This document shows, piece after piece, positions 27,803 to 37,572 of a stretch of 64,000 nucleotides of DNA (positions within the stretch are counted from its first letter, which is position 1; each line of letters opens with the position of its first letter). The position numbers and the translations under genes are program-made. The notes under the pieces are model-generated. The model had not been told where the DNA came from. It was given only the letters and a program-made list of their open reading frames with translations, and did not search any database. The stretch is from an uncultured delta proteobacterium (lineage in GTDB: Bacteria > Desulfobacterota > Binatia > UBA9968), in the NCBI GenBank assembly GCA_963816145.1, contig CAWFJP010000030.1:512001-576000 (forward strand), given 5' to 3'.

Positions 27803-29803
27803 TTGACGACCACTTATATTCTCAAAGACTTAACCGAACCGATCCGCAACAACTCAGGGCTCGACTACCGCAAGGAGTTAAACGAGGCACAGTATGAGGC
27901 GGCGACGGCGATCGAAGGGCCGCTGTTGATCATCGCCGGCGCCGGCACGGGTAAGACCCGCACGCTGGTCTATCGTGTCGCCCATCTGATCGAACAAGGG
28001 ATCGATCCCAGGTCGATCCTGTTGTTGACGTTTACCCGGCGCTCCGCCGAGGAGATGATCCGCCGCGCCAGTTTATTGATGGACGGGCGGTGCAGCCAGA
28101 TCGCCGGCGGGACGTTTCATTCGTTTGCCAATTTGGTACTGCGCATTCACGGCCGCCATGTCAACCTCGCCCCGTCGTTTACTATCATGGACCGGCCCGA
28201 CAGCGAGGACATCATCCAATTGATCCGCTCCGATATGGGGCTCAATACCAAAGAGAAACGCTTTCCGCGCAAACAGACGGTGGCGGAGATTTTGAGCATG
28301 TCGCTCAACAAAAAGATTCCGCTCAACGACCTGTTGGAACTCGAATATCCCCATCTGGTCGAAGTGAATTTCGAGCTTGGCGAGATCCAGCGCCGCTATA
28401 CCGATTACAAAAGAACCAAATCCCTGATCGACTACGACGATCTCTTGATCAAGGTTCGCGACTTGCTCGCCGATCATCCAGAGATTCGCAGCCGGCTGTC
28501 CGACACTTATCGTTTCATCATGGTCGACGAGTATCAGGACACCAATCACCTCCAGGCGGAGATCGTCCGGCTGTTGGCCGCGACCCATGACAATGTCGCG
28601 GTGGTTGGTGACGATGCTCAGAGCATTTATTCGTTTCGCGGCGCCAACTTTCGCAACATCATGGATTTCCCCAAGCAGTTTCCCGGCGCGCGCCTCATCA
28701 AGCTGGAAGAGAACTATCGCAGCACCCAGCCGATCTTGAACCTGACCAACGAAATCATCAGCCGCGCCAAAGAGGGCTACGAAAAGCGCTTGTTCACGCG
28801 CAAAAGCGTCGGCACCCGGCCCAAGCTGGTCCAGGCGGGCAATGAACAGATGCAATCGCAGTTCGTCTGTCAAAAGGTTTTGGAACTCCGCGAGCAAGGC
28901 GTGCCGCTGTGGGATATCGCCGTGCTGTTCCGTTCGAGCTTTCATTCCTTCGACCTAGAAATCGAGCTGGCGCGCCACAACATTCCATTCGTCAAACGGG
29001 GCGGTTTTCAATTCATGGAAGCGGCTCATGTCAAAGATCTGCTGGCTCATTTGCGCATCATGGCCAATCCGCAAGACGCGGTGTCGTGGAACCGAGTCTT
29101 GATGCTGCTCGAAGGCATCGGCCCCGGCGCCAGCCAGAAAATTATCAAGTGGCTGCTAGAAGGCGGCAGCGCTATCGAACGGCTGCGCAGCTACAACGCC
29201 AAGGGCAAGATCGCCCAAGGGCTGCGCACTCTCGCGCAGGTACTGGAGGAAGCGGCCAAAGCCGAACTGCCGTCCGAACAGGCGCAGTATTTGATGCAGT
29301 ATTATCTGCCGATCCTGAAACAGAACTATCCCGACGATCATCCCAAGCGTCTGCGCGACATGGAACATTTCCAGGGAATGACCGAACGCTATCGCAGCCT
29401 GGAACGGTTGTTGAGCGACATGGCGTTGGAACCGCCCAACGATAGCATCGGCGGCGTCCTGGCGGTGGATCCCGACGAAGGGCCGCTGATCCTATCGACG
29501 ATTCACTCGGCCAAGGGGTTGGAGTTTCACTCGGTGTTTATCATCTGGGCTCTTGAAGGCCGCTTCCCGTCGCTCTACAACACCAACTCCCAAGAAGACC
29601 TGGAAGAAGAGCGCCGCTTGCTCTACGTCGCCGCCACCCGGGCGAAACAGAATCTGTTTATCTCCTATCCGACGCGGGTTTTCGACAAAACTCTGCGAAT
29701 GGTCTTGTCTCAACCTTCGCAGTTCATCGACGGCATGTCGTCGCGCATGCTCGAGCCGGTCGCCCTCGTGCCCGAGGGATCCTATTGGAATTGGGAGAGT
29801 TGA
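27803..29803 (+). CDS. UvrD/PcrA/Rep family ATP-dependent DNA helicase
   Basis: AGAGTGKT, VDEYQD, VGDDAQSIYSFRGA, ENYRS, TIHSAKGLEF, EERRLLYVAATRA. Confidence 0.95.
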   Translation: MTTTYILKDLTEPIRNNSGLDYRKELNEAQYEAATAIEGPLLIIAGAGTGKTRTLVYRVAHLIEQGIDPRSILLLTFTRRSAEEMIRRASLLMDGRCSQIAGGTFHSFANLVLRIHGRHVNLAPSFTIMDRPDSEDIIQLIRSDMGLNTKEKRFPRKQTVAEILSMSLNKKIPLNDLLELEYPHLVEVNFELGEIQRRYTDYKRTKSLIDYDDLLIKVRDLLADHPEIRSRLSDTYRFIMVDEYQDTNHLQAEIVRLLAATHDNVAVVGDDAQSIYSFRGANFRNIMDFPKQFPGARLIKLEENYRSTQPILNLTNEIISRAKEGYEKRLFTRKSVGTRPKLVQAGNEQMQSQFVCQKVLELREQGVPLWDIAVLFRSSFHSFDLEIELARHNIPFVKRGGFQFMEAAHVKDLLAHLRIMANPQDAVSWNRVLMLLEGIGPGASQKIIKWLLEGGSAIERLRSYNAKGKIAQGLRTLAQVLEEAAKAELPSEQAQYLMQYYLPILKQNYPDDHPKRLRDMEHFQGMTERYRSLERLLSDMALEPPNDSIGGVLAVDPDEGPLILSTIHSAKGLEFHSVFIIWALEGRFPSLYNTNSQEDLEEERRLLYVAATRAKQNLFISYPTRVFDKTLRMVLSQPSQFIDGMSSRMLEPVALVPEGSYWNWES

Positions 29804-31323
29804 TGATGGTGCAGCTCCTGCATTATGTGGTGGTATTCGTCAGCGGCGCTGTATTAATGGCGCTGGAGATCGCCGGCAGCCGGATCTTGGCGCCCAACTT
29901 CGGCAGCTCGATCTTTGTCTGGGGCAGCTTGATCTCGGTGGTGATGACCGCGCTCAGCATCGGCTATTACTGGGGCGGTTGGATGTCAGCGCGCGCGCCG
30001 TCTTATGGCAGGCTCGCCACCCTGCTGGTGATTCCCGGGATCGTGATTTTTTTCCTGCCCTTCGTCTATCCGGCTATCAATGACTGGATCGCCAGCATCG
30101 ACCTCGGCAATCGCTTGAGCCCGCTCGTCGCCTGTAGCGCTTTGTTCCTCCTGCCGGGTGTATTTCTCGGCACCGTCTCTCCCTATGTCATTCGTTTGGC
30201 GGCGACCAAGTTACATACCGTCGGCAGCACCGCCGGCACGCTTTACGCGGTCTCTACCGCCGGCAGCATTTTCGGCACGCTGCTTACCGCTTTTTATTTG
30301 ATTCCTGTTTTGGGCGTTAGCAATATTATTCATTCTTTGGGGGTAACGCTGGTGGTTCTATCGTTAATTGTAGTACCTTTGATGCGATTTCAACGCGCGG
30401 CCGTCACGCGCGCCGTCACGGCGGGCTGGCTATTTCTAGGCTCATTCGGCTGTTTCAGTTTGGCGTCGGCGCCGCTGGTATGGGCGAAAACCTTGTTGCA
30501 AAAAGACACATTCTATCATCGCATCCGGGTCGAGGAGGACGAAGATGCGCGCTACATGTACTTCGATCGCACGCTGCAGAGCGCCATGACCCTAAAAGAC
30601 CCGACGGCGCTGCGGCTGGTCTATTCGCGCTACACCTCGATCGGCATGACGTTCCGCCCCGATGCCAAACGCATGCTGCTGATCGGCCTTGGCGGCGGGT
30701 CGATTCCGAAAAAGCTCAATAAGGAGTTCCCGAATCTCGTGATCGATGCCATCGACCTCGACCCGGAGGTGATCCGGATCGCCAAAGATCACTTCAACGT
30801 CGTTGAACATAAAAATCTTCAACTCACCGCTCAGGACGGCCGGTTATTTTTAGCGCGGACCCAGCACCAATACGACATCATCTTGCTCGACGCCTACTTC
30901 ACCGACTCGATGCCGTTTCATCTGGCCACCAGACAGTTCTTCGAACTGGCCCAGAAAAAACTCGCCCCCAACGGCATCGTGGTGGCTAATCTCATTAGCG
31001 CGGTCACCGGCCCTTCCGGTAAGATCGCGCGTTCTTTCGTCCGCACCCAACGGCAGGTTTTTCCGCAGACCTATGTTTTTGCCACGCGCCGGCCCGACAA
31101 CGTGAGCCTGGACACGATTCAGAACGTTATCGTCATCGCCACCAGGGACAAGCAGCGAGTCGATATCAAGGAAATCGTCAAACGCGCCACCACGCTTGAT
31201 AAAGGTCTCTTTCCCGACCCAGTCCAAGACATCGCCGTCGCTTACTTTGACCGCCCGTTACCCGAAGACACACCGATCCTAACCGATGATTTCGCGCCGA
31301 CAGACAATTTGCTCAATCCTTAG
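29803..31323 (+). CDS. Fused membrane domain / spermidine synthase-like protein
   Basis: N-terminal TM helices; IGLGGG; IDLDPEV; QDGR; ILLDAY; LTDDFAP. Confidence 0.88.
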   Translation: MMVQLLHYVVVFVSGAVLMALEIAGSRILAPNFGSSIFVWGSLISVVMTALSIGYYWGGWMSARAPSYGRLATLLVIPGIVIFFLPFVYPAINDWIASIDLGNRLSPLVACSALFLLPGVFLGTVSPYVIRLAATKLHTVGSTAGTLYAVSTAGSIFGTLLTAFYLIPVLGVSNIIHSLGVTLVVLSLIVVPLMRFQRAAVTRAVTAGWLFLGSFGCFSLASAPLVWAKTLLQKDTFYHRIRVEEDEDARYMYFDRTLQSAMTLKDPTALRLVYSRYTSIGMTFRPDAKRMLLIGLGGGSIPKKLNKEFPNLVIDAIDLDPEVIRIAKDHFNVVEHKNLQLTAQDGRLFLARTQHQYDIILLDAYFTDSMPFHLATRQFFELAQKKLAPNGIVVANLISAVTGPSGKIARSFVRTQRQVFPQTYVFATRRPDNVSLDTIQNVIVIATRDKQRVDIKEIVKRATTLDKGLFPDPVQDIAVAYFDRPLPEDTPILTDDFAPTDNLLNP

Positions 31324-31942
31324 CGCGCTGTTATTGGCCGGCTGCTCGACCTTCCAAGTCTCGGCACCCGAGCGCGTCGTTCGGGTCAAGGCGCTGGCGG
31401 ATCCGCAGTTCAGATCGAGAAATCCCGGCTGGGCTCAAGAGGCTCGCGGCTTGATCGAAGCGGCGTCCGACTATTACGAAGAAGAGTTTGGCATTCGGCT
31501 GATCACGGCGAGCGTTGCCCCATGGCCCGAAGATGAAAGAGTGCCTTCCACGCCGACCTTGCTGGCGCGCTTGCAGAAACAATTCCCGGTGGCTTCGGCA
31601 GACGGCAGCTATGACATCGTGATCGCTTTCACCGGCGAGAATGTCAGCCGCATCCTCACCGCCGGCCGGCCGCGCGTCGACCGCATCGGCAACTGCAGTC
31701 AAGGCCTGGCTCGATATATCGTCTTGCCAACAAATAAACTTTTTCGCTACACCGGGCTGACCACGACGGATCTAGACCCCGATGTCCTCACATTGGTGCA
31801 CGAGATCGGCCATGTGTTCGGCGCCGAACATGTCGAAGACGTCAACTCAATCATGAATGAAAACTTCGACTACCGTGGCCAATTCGACGCCAAGAACCGC
31901 AAGATCATCCAAAACAACCGATCCTGCCCGTTTGCCAAATAA
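31286..31942 (+). CDS. Metzincin (M12-like) zinc metalloprotease, lipoprotein
   Basis: LAGC lipobox; HEIGHVFGAEH; Met-turn SIM. Confidence 0.85.
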   Translation: MISRRQTICSILSALLLAGCSTFQVSAPERVVRVKALADPQFRSRNPGWAQEARGLIEAASDYYEEEFGIRLITASVAPWPEDERVPSTPTLLARLQKQFPVASADGSYDIVIAFTGENVSRILTAGRPRVDRIGNCSQGLARYIVLPTNKLFRYTGLTTTDLDPDVLTLVHEIGHVFGAEHVEDVNSIMNENFDYRGQFDAKNRKIIQNNRSCPFAK

Positions 31943-31974
31943 CTCGCACGGCGATAGTTCTGTCGAGCGACAAC

Positions 31975-32055
31975 CTGGAACGATTGGAACACCTGGAACC
32001 ATTGGAACCGAACACCGAATGAGTTCCAGACGTTCCAAATGTTCCAGAGGTTCCA
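31975..32055. repeat. Inverted TGGAAC 9-mer arrays (family B)
   Basis: 4x TGGAAC followed by 4x GTTCCA. Confidence 0.85.
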
Positions 32056-32067
32056 TCCAATCAACCC

Positions 32068-32826
32068 ATGCTGAGTAACATCCGAGTCATAATGGTTCGT
32101 CCGCGCGGCTCGGGCAATATCGGCTCGGTGGCGCGGGCGATGAAAAACTTCGGCGGCGCCGAGTTGGCCATTGTCGGCACCGCGCGCATCCAGAGTTTTT
32201 GGGCCAAGGCGATGGCCGTGCACGGCCGCGACGTGCTCAGCGAAGCCAAATGCTACGATACCATCCGCGCCGCCATCGCCGACTGCACGCTCGTCGTCGG
32301 CACCACTTGCCGCGCCGGCCTCTATCGCGCCCATAGCCAATCGCCCCGCGAAGTCGCACCCAGCGTCGCCGCTGCCGCCAAGCAGGGCAAAGTCGCGCTC
32401 CTCTTAGGTCCCGAGGACCATGGCCTCAGCAACAAAGATCTCGAGCACTGCCAGCTTTTGGTCGATATTCCGTCCCATCCTGCCTACCGATCGCTCAACG
32501 TCGCCCAGGCCGCGGTGGTTTGCTTGTATGAATTCTACGTCGGCACGTTAGCGAACTCGGCTGATGACGCGATCCAGCGCGCCGAGGCCGAGACCATCGA
32601 GCGCCTGTTCGACATCATGCGCCATGCACTGCTGAAAATCGGCTTTCTCGATTCGGAAAATCCCGAACACATGCTGCTCGCCTTCCGGCGCATCTTCGGC
32701 CGCGCCGGCCTCGAAGAAAAAGACGTGAGAATCCTGACCGGCATGTTCCGCCAGATCGAATGGTACGCCAATCAAGGCTGGAAAGTGGTAGCGGAAAAAG
32801 AGAAGCACGGGCTCAAGATCAGATAA
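32068..32826 (+). CDS. trmJ: tRNA/rRNA methyltransferase, TrmJ/LasT (SPOUT)
   Basis: GNIGSVARAMKNFG; GPEDHGLSN; SLNVAQA. Confidence 0.88.
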   Translation: MLSNIRVIMVRPRGSGNIGSVARAMKNFGGAELAIVGTARIQSFWAKAMAVHGRDVLSEAKCYDTIRAAIADCTLVVGTTCRAGLYRAHSQSPREVAPSVAAAAKQGKVALLLGPEDHGLSNKDLEHCQLLVDIPSHPAYRSLNVAQAAVVCLYEFYVGTLANSADDAIQRAEAETIERLFDIMRHALLKIGFLDSENPEHMLLAFRRIFGRAGLEEKDVRILTGMFRQIEWYANQGWKVVAEKEKHGLKIR

Positions 32827-32874
32827 CTTTAACGCAGCCTAGTGATGCTATAGGCGAAGAATCAAAGATTCCCT

Positions 32875-32947
32875 TCACCACGAAGGACACGAAGAGCACG
32901 AAGTTCGGAATCTTGTCTTTCCTAAACCTTCGTGATCTTCGTGGTGA
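32875..32947. repeat. Family A palindromic element
   Basis: TCACCACGAAGGACACGAAGAGCACGAAG ... CTTCGTGATCTTCGTGGTGA. Confidence 0.9.
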
Positions 32948-33051
32948 AAGAGATTTTCCGTCCGGCGGTGCTTGACCACAGATCTGGACCGCCTGTTCAA
33001 GCCGCGCTAGAGTGCGGCAAATCAAAGTAGATAGGTACTCCAGGAGGACAA

Positions 33052-33690
33052 ATGAACGTCAGCGATTTCAATCTCAAGAAAACCGCCCTGCTGTTTTTCG
33101 ACATTCTCAACGGCTACGTTCCCGAGCCGGCGCCGGGCCAGCCGCGGCTGTTGAAACCGTGGATACAGAACGCAGTGAAGCTCAGCAAAGCCGGCCGTGC
33201 CTCCGGTATGCCGCTATTCTTCGCCAAGGGCAACCACCGGCCGGACAACGCAACCACGGCGCTGCTCCTCACCGACACCAACAACTCGCTCACACCTTGG
33301 CCCAACGGCGAAGTCACCAAAACCAAAATGCACGTCATCGCCGGCGACAAAAGCTCGAATGTGCTCGCCGACCTGGGGCCGGAGCCGGACGATTACTTCA
33401 TCGTCAAATACCGCTGGAGCGCTTTCTTCCAGACCTACCTCGATCTCGCCTTGCGCACCCGCGGCATCGACACGCTCATCGTCTCCGGCGGCTCCACCGA
33501 TGTCGGCGTCACCTCGACTTTGTATTCCGCCCGGGACCTGGACTATAACACCATCGTCGTCAGCGACGCCTGCGGCACATCCCACGACCAGCGCGCCCAT
33601 GACATGCTCATGGAGCTGGTCTTCCCGCGCATGTCGCGCGTCCGCACGACGGCGCAAGTGATCGAGATGATCGAGAAAGCTCTGAGATAA
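33052..33690 (+). CDS. Isochorismatase/cysteine hydrolase family protein
   Basis: TALLFFD; KYRWSAF; GGSTDVGV; SDAC; AGGAGG RBS. Confidence 0.88.
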   Translation: MNVSDFNLKKTALLFFDILNGYVPEPAPGQPRLLKPWIQNAVKLSKAGRASGMPLFFAKGNHRPDNATTALLLTDTNNSLTPWPNGEVTKTKMHVIAGDKSSNVLADLGPEPDDYFIVKYRWSAFFQTYLDLALRTRGIDTLIVSGGSTDVGVTSTLYSARDLDYNTIVVSDACGTSHDQRAHDMLMELVFPRMSRVRTTAQVIEMIEKALR

Positions 33691-33705
33691 TGCGCAATAA
33701 TTTTT

Positions 33706-33785
33706 TCACCACGAAGACACGAAGAGCACGAAGGTTTCGTAAAATTAAGATTCCGGACTTCGTGTCCTTCGTGCCTTCGTGGTGA
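33706..33785. repeat. Family A palindromic element
   Basis: Three CACGAAG units on each arm. Confidence 0.9.
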
Positions 33786-33839
33786 GATAGAATTTCCGTT
33801 CAACCAACAACGACAACAATTTGATAGAAGGAGTCACCC

Positions 33840-34976
33840 ATGGCATCGGAAGTTACTGCCCCCGTCGGCATCAGCAAGAGCATCAAACAGATCGGCCGCA
33901 TGGATCTGCCCGGCGGCGGCTCGGTGGTGGTCGAGAACGGCTATGCCTACGTCGGCCACATGGACCCGCCGCACGGCACCTCGATCATCGACGTCAAGGA
34001 TCCCAAGAATCCCAAAGTCGTGTCGCATATCGAAATCCCCGAAGGGCTGCACTCGCACAAGGTGCGCGTCAGCGGCGATATCATGCTGGTCAACTACGAG
34101 CGCTACAAAGCCAAGCAGGAGCTGCAATCGGGGCTCAAGGTATTCGACATATCGAATCGATCGAAGCCGCGCGAGATCGCCATGTACAAGACGCCCGGCA
34201 AAGGCGTGCATCGCTTTACCTACGATGGCCGCTACGCCTACATCTCGCCGACCGTCGAGGGCTATCAAGGCAATATCGCCATGATGCTCGACATGAAGAA
34301 CCCCGAGCGGCCCGAAGAAGTCATGCGCTGGTGGATGCCCGGACAATGGGTCGCCGGCGGCGAGACGCCGAATTTCAAAGGCGCCGACACCCGCTGCCAT
34401 CACCCGATCCGCCGCGGCGACCGGCTCTACATCAGCTACTGGCATGGCGGCTTCGCCATCGTCGACATCTCCGACCTGAGCAATCCGCGCACCGTCAGCA
34501 CGCTCGACTGGAGCCCGCCTTACCCCTGCCCGACCCATACGACATTACCGTTGTTGAACAAAGTTATGGAGCGCGACTGGCTGATCGTCACCGACGAAGA
34601 GGTCGGCGAAAAGCTGAACGAAACTCACAACGCCTTTCTCTGGGTTGTCGACATCACCAAGGAAGATCTGCCGCTGCCGGTTGCCACATTCATCGTCCCG
34701 TTCGAGGGAAAATCGACGAGCCATAGCCGCTTCGGCGCGCACCAACCCGCCGAACAAGTTTACGGCAACACTCTCTACGTCACCTGGTTCGCCGGCGGCC
34801 TGCGCGCCGTGGATTTCACCAACCCGTATCAGCCCAAAGAAGTCGGCTACTACGTCCCCAACCCCGGCAAAGGGCATGACGTCGTCATGAGCAATGATGT
34901 CTTCCATGACAAAGACGGCAAGCTCTACTTAATGGACCGCTATGACGGCCTGGAAATATTGGAAAGCCAAGTCTGA
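33840..34976 (+). CDS. LVIVD-repeat beta-propeller protein
   Basis: Repeats SIIDVKDP, KVFDISN, AIVDISD, WVVDIT, RAVDFTNP; several conserved-looking His. Confidence 0.85.
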   Translation: MASEVTAPVGISKSIKQIGRMDLPGGGSVVVENGYAYVGHMDPPHGTSIIDVKDPKNPKVVSHIEIPEGLHSHKVRVSGDIMLVNYERYKAKQELQSGLKVFDISNRSKPREIAMYKTPGKGVHRFTYDGRYAYISPTVEGYQGNIAMMLDMKNPERPEEVMRWWMPGQWVAGGETPNFKGADTRCHHPIRRGDRLYISYWHGGFAIVDISDLSNPRTVSTLDWSPPYPCPTHTTLPLLNKVMERDWLIVTDEEVGEKLNETHNAFLWVVDITKEDLPLPVATFIVPFEGKSTSHSRFGAHQPAEQVYGNTLYVTWFAGGLRAVDFTNPYQPKEVGYYVPNPGKGHDVVMSNDVFHDKDGKLYLMDRYDGLEILESQV

Positions 34977-34986
34977 AACGGCGGGT

Positions 34987-35100
34987 TTCAATGGTTCCAG
35001 CAGTTCCAATAGTTCCAAAGTGTAAGATCGGCCAGACCCGTCGCACGCTTCGCTCGGGATAACGACTGGAACAATTGGAACCTTTGGAACAGCTGGAACG
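34987..35100. repeat. Inverted GTTCCA/TGGAAC 9-mer arrays (family B)
   Basis: 3-4x GTTCCA then 4x TGGAAC. Confidence 0.85.
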
Positions 35101-35109
35101 TTATCGTTT

Positions 35110-35712
35110 ATGAAGCTTTACAACGTCGCCTACTCGGGAAATTCCTACAAGGTGCGATTACTGCTGGCTCAGTTGGGAATCTCCTGCGATATCATCGAAG
35201 TCGATATCTTGAAAGGTGAAAGCCGCACAGCTGAGTTTCTCAAGATCAATCCCAACGGCCGCACACCGGTGCTCGACGATGACGGCTTTATCCTAGCCGA
35301 GTCCAACGCCATCCTCGCCTATCTCGCTAGAGGGACTAAGTATCTCCCGGACGATCGCAAAAAATTTGGTCAGGTATTTCAATGGCTGTTCTTCGAGCAG
35401 TACAGCCACGAGCCGTTCATCGCTACCTCACGCTTCTGGCTCCAGCACCGACCCGACTCACCGGAAAAAACCGCCCTCTTAGCCTCCAAACGCGACGGCG
35501 GTTGGGCGGCGCTTAAAATCATGGAAGATCATCTGCAGAAGCACGATTTCTTCGTCGGCGACTATTCCATCGCCGACATCGCGCTATTTGCTTACACCCA
35601 TGTCGCTGACGAAGGTGGGTTTCCGCTCGCTGAATTTCCGAAGATTCGCGGATGGTTAAAGCGCGTCGAAGAGCAGCCTAAATTTATACCGATGTCCTCT
35701 CGTAATCTCTAG
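35110..35712 (+). CDS. Glutathione S-transferase family protein
   Basis: SGNSYKV; INPNGRTPVL; ESNAI; YSIADIA. Confidence 0.92.
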   Translation: MKLYNVAYSGNSYKVRLLLAQLGISCDIIEVDILKGESRTAEFLKINPNGRTPVLDDDGFILAESNAILAYLARGTKYLPDDRKKFGQVFQWLFFEQYSHEPFIATSRFWLQHRPDSPEKTALLASKRDGGWAALKIMEDHLQKHDFFVGDYSIADIALFAYTHVADEGGFPLAEFPKIRGWLKRVEEQPKFIPMSSRNL

Positions 35713-37418
35713 CTCACCGATTCGGCTTCAGCCGCATAGCGATCCAGCACGTATTGGCTCATATTCCGCGCCAGTTCGCCTTCGCCGAGAAAGATTTTCC
35801 CGGCATTTTCCTTTGCCAGCAACTGCGCTTCTTCCTCGCTATGCGTGCGCACGACGGTTTCGATGCGCGGGTTGACTGTCCGGGCGATCTCGATCATCCG
35901 TCGAACGTCCAAAGTATCCGGCGTGGCAATGACCAACATGCGCGCGCGCTGGATATGCGCCTGCACCAACGTCATGGGCTCGGAAGCATCTCCGGAGACC
36001 GCCGCAAGTCCCTTCTCCCGCGCCGCTTCAATGATCTCGCGATTTTCCTCAGCCAGCACGAACGAGATACCATGCGCCGCTAATTCATCACCAATGCGCC
36101 GCCCAACGCGGCCAAAACCAACGAGAACGACATGGCCAGTGAGTCGCTTGAGGTCGATCGTCATGGGCAGCGTCGCAAGCGGATCGTCGGGGCTCTCGAA
36201 AAGTAGGGCGCGCTTCGACTTGGCGCGGATCCACGCTTGCAGAGGCTCGATGGCGCGAAAAACCAGCGGGTTGACGGCGATCGAGAGAATCCCCCCGGCG
36301 AGAATTAGACTGCGGGCCTCTCCCGGCAATATGCCAAGAGACAGCCCCAATTGGCCAAGGATGAAGGAAAATTCACCGATCTGGGCTAACCCGGCGGAGA
36401 CCGTGAGGGCGGTGTTGAGCGGATAGCGAAAGAGCAGGACCAGAAGAAAAGCGGCAAGGGATTTGCCGATAACGATGATCCCCACAACCGCTAGGACGTG
36501 ATACGGCTCTTGGACCAGCACCTGGGGATCGAAGAGCATGCCGACCGAAACGAAAAACAGCACGGAGAAGGCATCCCTGAAAGGCAGCGACTCTTCCGCA
36601 GCCCGGTGACTCAACGGCGACTCCCGCATGACCATTCCCGCGAAGAATGCGCCGAGAGCAAACGAGACTCCGAAGAGCACTGCAGCGCCGTAGGCGATCC
36701 CAACTGCTACCGCAATGACGCACAACGTAAAAAGCTCGCGCGGTCCAACGCGCGCGATATGCCAGGTGATCCAGGGGATAATACGTCGGCCACCGATCAC
36801 CATAAGGCCGACAAAAAGCGCAACTTTGCCGAAAGTCATTGCGAGAATGGTCACCAAGCCTTGACCGCCGACTTGATCGCCCCCGGAACCGCCGAGCCAC
36901 AAAGAAAACGGCGGCAACAGCACCAAAACGAGCACCGTGACCAAATCCTCGACCACCAGCCAACCCACCGCGATGTGTCCGTTGACCGTTTCTAGAACGC
37001 CCCTGCTTTCGAGAGCTCTGAGCAGCACAACCGTACTCGCTACCGACAGCGACAGTCCGAACACGAGCCCCGCCGCGAGATTCCAGCCCCAAAGATTGGT
37101 AACGGCGATGCCGAGCGATGTCGCAACGGCGATCTGCACGATCGCCCCGGGAATAGCGATCTTGCGCACCGCGAGCAGCTCGTCGATGGAAAAATGCAGT
37201 CCGACACCGAACATCAGCAACATAACTCCGATCTCGGCGAGCTGAGCCGACAGATCGAGATCAGCGACGAAACCGGGAGTAGAGGGACCGATGATTATGC
37301 CGGCGGCGAGATAGCCGATCAGCACCGGCAGCTTGAGCCGCGCCGCCAGAAAGCCCAGGGCCAAGGCCCCGCCAAGCGCGGCGACAATCGTGGTTATCAG
37401 GGCAACGTTATGCGGCAT
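35709..37418 (-). CDS. ybaL: CPA2 cation:proton antiporter with C-terminal TrkA-N (YbaL-like)
   Basis: Multiple TMs; LAEIGVMLLMFGVGLHFS; LAQIGEFSF; VGFGRVG. Confidence 0.88.
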   Translation of the reverse strand: MPHNVALITTIVAALGGALALGFLAARLKLPVLIGYLAAGIIIGPSTPGFVADLDLSAQLAEIGVMLLMFGVGLHFSIDELLAVRKIAIPGAIVQIAVATSLGIAVTNLWGWNLAAGLVFGLSLSVASTVVLLRALESRGVLETVNGHIAVGWLVVEDLVTVLVLVLLPPFSLWLGGSGGDQVGGQGLVTILAMTFGKVALFVGLMVIGGRRIIPWITWHIARVGPRELFTLCVIAVAVGIAYGAAVLFGVSFALGAFFAGMVMRESPLSHRAAEESLPFRDAFSVLFFVSVGMLFDPQVLVQEPYHVLAVVGIIVIGKSLAAFLLVLLFRYPLNTALTVSAGLAQIGEFSFILGQLGLSLGILPGEARSLILAGGILSIAVNPLVFRAIEPLQAWIRAKSKRALLFESPDDPLATLPMTIDLKRLTGHVVLVGFGRVGRRIGDELAAHGISFVLAEENREIIEAAREKGLAAVSGDASEPMTLVQAHIQRARMLVIATPDTLDVRRMIEIARTVNPRIETVVRTHSEEEAQLLAKENAGKIFLGEGELARNMSQYVLDRYAAEAESVS

Positions 37419-37572
37419 GGAAAGGCACTCGGTCTTGGAGCATCGCGGTCACACTTCTCCGCAGCCTTGACCGGCGCTTATCTTCGTATGAACGCATGCC
37501 AAAACATACGACATTGTCGAGCTAGTGCAACCACAGTGCGGCAAAATCAGGAAGGGATGTTGCCGCTGCAAC

